Source: Fonticula alba ATCC 38817
Lineage: Eukaryota > Protista > Nucleariida
Reading direction: 5' to 3' (one strand)
DNA length: 23,204 nt
Assembly (NCBI GenBank): GCA_000388065.2
Contig: KB932217.1
A program made the position numbers and the translations under genes. Positions 1 through 8,710 of this stretch are shown piece by piece. Numbering within the stretch: the stretch's first letter is position 1; the number at the start of each line of letters is the position of its first letter. Below the pieces are notes generated by a model. It was not told the origin of the DNA, did no database searches, and was given only the letters and a program-made list of their open reading frames with translations.

Positions 1-94
1 GGGGGGGGGGGGGGGGGGACAAGAGGGCCGAGGCGGGCGCGTGTTAGAGCATGGCCCGGCGGGCCGACACAAAATATGACGCAGGAGCACGCAC
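1..94 (-). other. Spliceosomal intron (partial, phase 0) after the TM exon of receptor 1
   Basis: Donor GTGCGT at 94, branch site TCTAAC at 48-43, then a C-run (G18 on + at 1-18); the acceptor lies outside the window. Confidence 0.75.
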
Positions 95-3000
95 CGCCCC
101 CTTCGGGGCTCGAGCTCGCCACCGGCGCAGGAGCAGGAAGAAGGCCGCCGCCAGCAGCAGGAGCAGCAGGCCGAGCCCGAGACCGATGCCCAGGCCGAGG
201 GCTGGCACGGGGCCATGCGGCGGAGCGGCAAAGGGGAAGGGGTTAGTTGACCGGCCCGGCGGCCAGGGGGCGGGGCAGGCGGCCGGCACACGCACCGAGG
301 CGCTGCCGCGGGGCCGAGGCCCGGGGGTCGGTGCAGTCGGCGGGCCCCGGGCCGACGCAGGCCCCCGGGCAGTCGGCATGGCACGCGGCGCAGGCCGGCG
401 GGGCGGCCAGCCAGTCGGCGAAGAGCCCCACCGGGCAGGCCTCCACACAGTCGGTCCCATGGAGGAGCAGCCGGTGGCCCTGGCACAGCTGGCAGGCCAG
501 CTCGGCCGGGCAGTCCAGGCGGCCGGCCGCGTCCCGGGTGCATGGCCGGGCGTCGGGCCCGGCGGCGCACCGGTCGCAGTGCCGGCCGCAGGGGAGGCAC
601 ACCCGCTCGACCGGCGACGGGGTGTACCCCGGCGCCGGGCAGGCGGCCTCGCAGGTGTTGGTATCCGGGCGCAGCCAGGCCGCCGGGTCGGCGCACGCCG
701 TGCACCGCCCGGCCCCGGCATGGCATGTGGCACACTCGCCGGCGCACGGGTCGCAGGCCGGGGCCCCGGCGTGGGGGAGGAACTCCCCCGGCGAGCAGGC
801 CGCCTGGCAGGCGCCGCCGGCCGCCGGCGACAGGACCAGCCCCGGCGAGCAGGCGGTGCAGCGGGCCTCGCAGCCGGCCGGCCGGTCGGCCGCGTGCACG
901 CACTCGGCGCAGCCGGCCGGGCAGGGCTCGCACCGGCCGGTCACCCGGCACGGATGGTGCCCGGCCGGGCAGGCATCCCGGCAGGCCCCATGGTGCAGGA
1001 GCTGGCCGGGGCCCGGGCAGGCGGTGCAGGCCCCGGGGCCCGGGCCGTCGCACAGCCAGCAGGCGCTCGAGCAGGCCCGGCAGACGCGCGGCCGGCCGGG
1101 GCCCGGGTCGTCGGCGTAGTGCCCGGCCGGGCAGCCGGCCACACAGGCCCCGTCCGGGCCGAGGAGCCGGCCGGCCGGGCAGGCGGTGCACTCGGCCCGG
1201 CCGGGCCCGTGGCACTCGGCGCACGAAAGGCAGCACGGCAGGCACATGCCCATGTGGCGGTAGGTGCCGGCCGGGCAGGCGCCCAGGCAGGCGCCCTCCA
1301 GCCACAGGTCCACCGGCTGGCCGCACGTCAGGCAGTCGGCGGCCCCGGGCCCGGCGCATGTGGCACACGAGGCGTGGCAGTCGACACACCGGTGGCCATC
1401 GTGCCAGGTGCCGGCCGGGCAGGCCGGCAGGCAGGCCGCCCCCCAGAGGGCCGAGCCGCGCTGGCACTGGGCGCAGGCGGCCGCGTCGGCCGGGCAGCGG
1501 GCGCACCCGGCCGCGCAGGGCACGCACCCGCCGGGCCCGGGGTGGTGGCCGGCCGGGCAGGCGGGCACGCACTGGCCGGCCGGCGCGCCGGCCGGCAGGG
1601 CCAGCAGCCCGGCCGCGCAGGCCGTGCACTCGGTGCTCCGGAGGCCGGAGCACCGGCCGCACGACCGGTGGCAGGCCAGGCACCGGCCATCGACCGGCAG
1701 GTAGCCCGGCGCGCAGTCCTGCACGCACATGCCCTCCTGCAGGTAGGCCGCCTGGCAGCGCCAGCAGTGGCCGTCCGAGGGCCCGGTGCAGGCGGCGCAG
1801 GCCGGGTGGCAGTCGAGGCACTGGCCCGGGCCCGGGCCCGGGTACTTGCCCTCCGGGCAGGTGGCCAGGCAGGGCCCCGGGGTGCCGGCCGGCGCCCCGG
1901 GCCCGTGCTCGAAGCCGGCCGCGCAGCCGGTGCACTGGTCGGCCCGGGGCCCGGCGCAGGTGGCGCACTCGGGGGCGCACGGCTGGCACGACTCGCCGGC
2001 CGGGTGGGTGCCGGCCGGGCAGGTGGCCACGCACTGGCCGGCCGGCGTCAGGAGCAGGGGCTCCCGGCAGGCGAGGCAGGCGTCGGCCGTGCAGGACGCG
2101 CAGCCGGGGCCGCACGGGACGCAGGCCCCGGTGCCATGGGGCCCGGGCGCCGGGCCCGGCCACCGGTACCCCGGCGCACACGCCTGGCACTGGTCGGCGG
2201 CCGTGGCGCACAGGGCGCACGATGCATGGCACCAGGCGCACCGGTCGCCGGCCGGGTGCTGCCCGGCCGGGCAGGCCGCCACGCACGGCGAGCGGACCCC
2301 CGGGTCCGGCGACTGGAAGACCAGCCCCGGCTGGCAGGAGGCGCAGGCCCCGGCGGTGGTGCATGTGGCGCAGGAGGCGTGGCACGGCTGGCAGGTGCCA
2401 TCGCCGGCGTCATAGCGCCGGGGCTCGCACCGCGAGCAGGCACCCCCGGCCGCGGCGCATTCCAGGCAGCCCCGGCCGCAGGGGACGCACGCGCCACCGG
2501 CCGGGCGGAAGCCCGCCGGGCAGGCGTCCACGCACCGACCATCCACATGGAGCGCCTGGCCGGCCGGGCAGGCGGTGCAGGCGCCCGGCTGGCCGGGGAC
2601 CAGGCACTCGGCGCAGCCCGGCGCACAGGCCCGGCAGTGGCCCCGGACCGGGTCGAAGGCCGTGCCGGCCGCGCAGGCCTCGGTGCAGACGCCCGGCTGG
2701 CCGGCGGCCGGCAGGAAGCCCGGCCGGCAGGAATGGCACCGGCCCTGGGCGTCGCACGTGGCGCACGGGCCCCGGCAGGGGACGCAGCCGCGGGTGTGGC
2801 CCGGCCCGGCCGGCGGCATGCCGTCCACCCAGTCGCTCCCCGGGGCGCAGGCCAGGCAGGCATCCGCCGCGTGCCGGCACTCGGCGCAGGCGGCCGCGCA
2901 GGGGGCACACTGGCCGGCGGCCGGGCCCGGCAGGAAGCCCGGCCGGCATGCGGTACAGGCATCGGGCCCGGTGCAGGAGGCGCAGCCGGCCGGGCAGGGC

Positions 3001-6000
3001 TCGCACGGGTGCCCCGGCGCCCGGAGCCACGTGCCGGCCGGGCAGGCCGCCAGGCATGTGCCCTCCGGCCCGGGCGGCCCGGCCGTGAAGGTGCACCAGG
3101 TGCAGGCGTCCGGCCGGTCCGGGGCGCTGCACTGCCCGCACGACCAGTGGCAGGGCCGGCACCGGTCGCCGGCCGCCGGGTCCCGGGCCATGCCCGACCG
3201 GCACACCGTGCAGAGGAAGGCCCCGCCGGCCGGCGGCCGGTGGCAGGCCTCGCACGTGTCGTGGCACAGGCAGGCGCCGGCCGGGTCGGCGTGCAGCCCC
3301 GGCGGGCAGGCCGCCAGGCAGCGCCCCGGGTCGGCCGGCTGGAAGAAGTCACACCGGGCCAGGGTGCACTGGTCGGGGCCGGGCCCGGTGCATGCTTGGC
3401 AGGCCTCGGCGCAGGGCCGGCACTCGGGGCCGTAGGTCCGGCCGGGGCAGGCCGTGGCCGCCACCTGGATGAGGTAGCTTCGGGTGTCGGTGCCGGCGGA
3501 CCCCGGGCGCCGGACCACCACCAGGAAGGATGCCAGCGCGGGCCACGCGTGGCCGGGCAGGCCGGCCGGCCCCGGGGCCTGGGCCACGGCCAGGCAGGTG
3601 TGGTCGATGGTGGCCGGCCAGTCGTGCGGCACCGCCAGCAAGGCATCCGGGCCCAGGCGGCAGGGCTCCCCCGGGGGGCAGTGCAGCAGGACCACCGCCA
3701 CCTCCCGGGGCCCGACCAGCACCAGGGCGCCGGGGTAGTCGGCCCGGCCCCGGAGCACCAGGCCCCGGTGCATGAGGGGCGGCCCGGCGGCCGGGCCCGG
3801 CAGCCGGCGCTCCGTGGCAAGGAGCCCCCGCGTCCGCCAGTGGGCCCCCACCCCCAGGGGATAGTGCCGGATGAGCCAGGCCGACTGGCTGCCGGCGGGC
3901 TCGTGCCCGGCCAGGAGGAGCTCCTGCTGGCCGGGCCGCACGGTCAGGGCCACCGGCACCCACGGCTGGCCCGGGTGCGGGGGATCGCTGGCCGGGTGCC
4001 GGCACCGGGGGTCCAGCTGCCGGGCCAGGGCCCACGGCTGGGCCGTCGGCCCGGCGGCCCCATGGTCCCGGTACAGCCACTCGACCGGCTGCCGGGAAAG
4101 CCCATGGGCATGGGTGGCCAGGGCCGGCAGGTGGCCCGGCCCGGCCGCCGGGTCGCGGACCACCTGATACTGGCCATCGGGCTGGAACACCAGCAGCACA
4201 TGGCCGAAGGCCAGCACCTGGGCCGACAGCTGCCGGGCCGGGGCCTCCTGCGGCAGGGCCGGCAGCGGGTAGTTCTTGAGGCTGACCAAGGGGCACTCCC
4301 ACTGGGCCTCGGGCCCGGTAAGCGTGCACAGCAGGAGCAGGTGCCGGACGGCCCCGGCCCCGACGACCACCAGCCCCAGGCCCACGCGGTTGTCCGCGAA
4401 GAAGGGGCCCACCTCGAACAGCTGGCGCGTGTCCGGCAGGTGGGGAAAGGCCGCGGGCAGGGTGGCCGCCGCGATCGGCGCGTCGGGGGCGGTGCGCAGC
4501 TGCTCGGCATCCAGGATGGCCAGCCAGCCGGCCGCCAGGACGGCCAGCACCGAGGGCGGCTCCTCGGCCGCGAGCGATGCCGCCGACAGGTGCGGCAGGC
4601 CCTGCCTCAGGTAGAGCCGCGTCGGGCAGGCCGCCATGATGGCCTGCCCGCCCTGCAGGTGGATGGCCCGGATGTGGCCGGCGGCCTGCGGCGCGTCCGC
4701 CGGGGCGCACTCCCCGTGCGAGGCGTGGCTGCCGGCGGGGCATGCGCTGACACAGGTCCCGGGGCCGCCGGTCCGGTCGCGCAGCAACAGCCGGCCGTCC
4801 ATGCAGGCCACGCAGCGTCCGCCCTGGTCGCATGCCCGGCAGTCCGGCGATGGGCATTTCGTGCAGGTGCCTGGGGTTGGCGCGGCGTGGCGTGGCGTGG
4901 CGTGGCGTGGGGAGGGGGGGACATACAAGGCGAGGGGCCGGGCGATGTGTGTGCCGGGCGGGCACAGGCGGGAGAACACATGCCCAGGCAGACGAATAGC
5001 GGGGCGCATGGAGACGCACACAGCGGGGCGCATGGAGACGCACATGGGGATGTTCGTAGTGGCACACGTAGCGAGGCAAGTGAAGACGCACATAGCCACA
5101 CACAGACACATATACACACATACATGCACAGATGCACACATACACACACACACACATGCACAGATGCACACATACACACACATGCATATGCACACACAAA
5201 CACATACACATGCACATACACATACACATGCACAGATGCACACACATGCACATGCACAGATGCACACACATGCATATGCACACACAAACACATGCACACA
5301 CATGCACACACATACCCAGGCACACATGTCAGAACCAGGCAGAGGACAGAAAAAAAAGGCACCAGGCAGTGCACATGCAAAAGGGGGCACACACGCACGG
5401 GTATGCGGGCCGGTGACTTGGAGGAAGTGGCCGTCCTCGCAGCCGGCGCACAGCTCCCCCTCCAGCAGGAGCGGGGCAAAGCGCCGGCCCGCGGCGCACG
5501 ACCAGGAGCCGGTCCCCGGGTCGCACACGATCGACGCATCGGCCCCACAGGCGAAGACCTCGTCGGTGAAGAAGATCCGGTTGGCCTGCTGGATGGCCCA
5601 CCCTTCGGCCACGCCGGCCGACGGCCAGCCGGCCGGCACGGCCACCGCCCCCGGGGCCGGCGACCGCGCGAAGAACCCCGGCGGCGTGTCGATCCGGGTC
5701 CAGGTCGCCGTCTGCCCCTCGTGGAAGTCAAGCCGCCAGAGCACCTGCTTGGAATTGACCAGGTGCAGGAACCCCATGGGCCGGGGGACGTGCAGCACCC
5801 CCGGCACCAGGTCGGCCGAGAGGGCATGGCCGTCGCGCTCGGGCAGCGGCACGTCCCACTGCATGGCGATGTCCCCGGCGTCATTGAGCCCGATGTACAC
5901 CCGCAGCCGGGAGGTCCCGATGACCACCAGATCCACGACCGCCGGGTCGGCGGAAAGCAGCCGCGTGGCCGCCATGTCCCGGATGGCCTCCGACGAGTGC

Positions 6001-6674
6001 AGCGCCCAGGCCGAGGAGTGGCCATGTCGCAGCCAGGTCCAGCTCGGGCCGTGGGAGGCCAGGAAAAAGTGCCCGGCCGGGCCGGACACCGCCACCGTGG
6101 CGCCCACCGGGTGCCGGGCCTCCGACCAGCCGGTCCCCTGCAGGTGAAGGACCACCACCTGGCCCGGGCCCACGCCCAGGAGCATGGACAGGGCATGGGG
6201 GCCGTGAGCGTGCGCCGCCAACAGACGCACCGGCTCCCCGGCCAGCTGGGCATACTCGTGCATGGCGCCGGTGGTGGACACCCCGACCAGGCCCAGCCCC
6301 GTGGCCCAGGCCACCACCGGGTTGGATCCCGGCACCGGCACCCGGAGCACCTGGACATCGGCCCCGGTCGGCAGGGTGGCGTAGGCCAGCTGCCCGGCCG
6401 GCGCATCGAGGAAGTGGGCCCCCAGGCGCGCGTCCGCGAAGAGGTCCACCCGGGCGCCCTGTAGATGGACATGCCCCTCGGCCAGCGAGTGCTGGACCAT
6501 GGGCTGGTCGGGGAGCAGCAGCTCGTAGGTGCTCGGCTCGTCGGGCCCGAGCGACATGGGGGCCTGCACGAGGAAGGGACCTTGCGACCGGGCGCCGGGC
6601 CCGGCGCCGAGCGCGAGCAGCGCCAGGCCCAGCAGCAGCGCCAGGCCACGGCGCCGGCGTCGGCCAAGCTGCAT
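95..6674 (-). CDS. Giant type I membrane receptor with furin-like/growth-factor-receptor Cys-rich repeats; 3'-partial (probably continues into a kinase domain left of the window). Exons 6674-5399, 4870-296, 201-95
   Basis: ATG at 6674 is followed by a signal peptide (MQLGRRRRRGLALLLGLALLALGAGPGARS). About 20 CxxCxxxCxxC...CPAG repeats lie at ~3455-330. The TM segment ALGLGIGLGLGLLLLLLAAAFFLLL is followed by RRWRAR. Introns 5398-4871 (phase 1) and 295-202 (phase 1) join the frames correctly, giving 1986 visible codons. A further GTGCGT donor at 94 has a TCTAAC branch site at 48-43. The ATG is 1 nt from an N gap, so the start is not certain. Confidence 0.9.
202..295 (-). other. Spliceosomal intron, 94 nt, phase 1, directly before the TM exon
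   Basis: GTGCGT...ACTAAC (247-242)...CAG. Removal joins RQRL-G|CC to LGLGIGLG and bypasses the TAA at 245-243. Confidence 0.92.
4871..5398 (-). other. Spliceosomal intron, 528 nt, phase 1, filled with simple repeats
   Basis: GTGCGT donor at 5398, TCTGAC at 5333-5328, CAG acceptor at 4873-4871. Removal gives HT-R-TCTKC. The intervening translation (CVCVCM...) is microsatellite, not protein-like. Confidence 0.88.
5095..5326. repeat. Degenerate (CA)n/(CATG/CACAGATG) compound microsatellite
   Basis: Continuous cacacatgcacagatgcacacatac-type array inside the 528-nt intron. Nearby are (CGTGG)4 at ~4886-4910 and two copies of gcggggcgcatggagacgcac at ~4999-5043. Confidence 0.95.
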
Positions 6675-6675
6675 G

Positions 6676-7535
6676 NNNNNNNNNNNNNNNNNNNNNNNNN
6701 NNNNNNNNNNNNNNNNNNNNNNNNNNNNNNNNNNNNNNNNNNNNNNNNNNNNNNNNNNNNNNNNNNNNNNNNNNNNNNNNNNNNNNNNNNNNNNNNNNNN
6801 NNNNNNNNNNNNNNNNNNNNNNNNNNNNNNNNNNNNNNNNNNNNNNNNNNNNNNNNNNNNNNNNNNNNNNNNNNNNNNNNNNNNNNNNNNNNNNNNNNNN
6901 NNNNNNNNNNNNNNNNNNNNNNNNNNNNNNNNNNNNNNNNNNNNNNNNNNNNNNNNNNNNNNNNNNNNNNNNNNNNNNNNNNNNNNNNNNNNNNNNNNNN
7001 NNNNNNNNNNNNNNNNNNNNNNNNNNNNNNNNNNNNNNNNNNNNNNNNNNNNNNNNNNNNNNNNNNNNNNNNNNNNNNNNNNNNNNNNNNNNNNNNNNNN
7101 NNNNNNNNNNNNNNNNNNNNNNNNNNNNNNNNNNNNNNNNNNNNNNNNNNNNNNNNNNNNNNNNNNNNNNNNNNNNNNNNNNNNNNNNNNNNNNNNNNNN
7201 NNNNNNNNNNNNNNNNNNNNNNNNNNNNNNNNNNNNNNNNNNNNNNNNNNNNNNNNNNNNNNNNNNNNNNNNNNNNNNNNNNNNNNNNNNNNNNNNNNNN
7301 NNNNNNNNNNNNNNNNNNNNNNNNNNNNNNNNNNNNNNNNNNNNNNNNNNNNNNNNNNNNNNNNNNNNNNNNNNNNNNNNNNNNNNNNNNNNNNNNNNNN
7401 NNNNNNNNNNNNNNNNNNNNNNNNNNNNNNNNNNNNNNNNNNNNNNNNNNNNNNNNNNNNNNNNNNNNNNNNNNNNNNNNNNNNNNNNNNNNNNNNNNNN
7501 NNNNNNNNNNNNNNNNNNNNNNNNNNNNNNNNNNN
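6676..7535. other. Assembly gap (860 N)
   Basis: Run of N. Confidence 1.
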
Positions 7536-8674
7536 AGAACATCACGGGGATTTTTCCAAAAGTGTCGCTACGCGATCGCTTGCAGAGGGCGGGACGATGA
7601 GGGCGGGAGGGGAGAGGGAGCCGGAGGTTGGCGGTGGTGGCGGGCCGGCCCGGGCCCGGTGAGCCGGCCGGGGCCTGAAGAGCCGCCCCGGCGAAGGGCC
7701 CCCTCGGCCGGTTCGCCGGGCGCGACACCGGGCCCGGGGGGGCGGAAGGGGGCATCGGGAGTCGCTCAGACCCACGCACGCACACCCCCGCGCGCACAGC
7801 CCTCCGGCCGTTTGCCTTGCGTGCTGCACAGGGCCTCCGCCGTGCCGAGGAGAGCCGGGCGCAGGGGGTTTGTGTGCTGGCTGGGAGCATCGGCGCACCA
7901 CCAAACCCCCTGGCGCATGCGATACCCCGGCGGCGCCGGCACACCGGGCGAGAGGCGGCCCGGCCGCCACCGCGCCCCGGAGGCCGGGGGCACGGGCGTG
8001 CTGGCGCCGCAGGGCCCGCCCGCCAATCGGCCCGCCCCCTCGTGGCCGAGCGGCTCGCCCTCGATCGACGGCCGGCCGGCCGGGCAGCCGCTCCTGCCCG
8101 GCCTGCGCCGAGCGGGCCACGCCTCGGAACCGGGGGGGGGGGGGGCGTGGGATCTCATTCAGGGGGCCCACCCGACAAGCGGGCCCGGCAACCGCGGGCG
8201 CAACCAACAGCCAGCGGCACGCGGCTCTCCCGGCCAGCCCGGGAAGCCGGAGACGCAGGCGGCCATGTTGGGGGGACGGGTCGGGCCCGGGCGAACGAGG
8301 GAAATGGGCATTCTGGACATGGAGAACCCGGGCCGCGCTCCCGGGCACATGGCCTGGTGCCATTTCGCGCGGTGGGACGCCCGCCCGGCGGGGGCCGGGC
8401 CGACCGGCGGGAGATGCCTCCCCGTGCCCCGGCGAGCGTGCGGCTCTCCCCCGGGGCAGCCGGCCTCCCGTGGGGCCCGGGAGCGCGCCCCGCAGCCGAT
8501 AGGCGGGCCACCCGGAATGATGGCCATCAGCCAGTCGAGAGGCGAGAGGTGAGAGGGCCGGCGGGGCTCGCGAGCCCGGAGGGGCCGCTGCCGAGGCCCG
8601 GCCCGGAGAGGGGGGGGGGGAGCCATCGGCGCCCGGCCAGCATGCGAGGCCGTGCTTGCGGGGACTCCCGCGCG

Positions 8675-8675
<1 letters not shown>

Positions 8676-8708
<33 letters not shown>
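8676..8708 (+). repeat. G33 homopolymer (other G/C runs at ~8131, ~8608, ~9168, ~10634, ~18068, 19987-20007)
   Basis: Read directly from the sequence. Confidence 0.95.

Positions 8709-8710
<2 letters not shown>

Noticed and set aside
3349-5325. ORFs with CVCVCM or HTHTH runs suggesting metal-binding proteins
   Set aside because: These are translations of the intronic CA/TG microsatellite.
51-6464. 2137-aa plus-strand ORF antisense to receptor 1 (and similar 542-3088 and 17018-19786)
   Set aside because: Low-complexity Ala/Gly/Arg/Pro translation with no motifs. Very GC-rich codon usage on the real strand makes antisense frames stop-poor.
5881-8552. ORFs spanning the N gap
   Set aside because: They are open only because N codons are untranslatable; the flanks are not protein-like.
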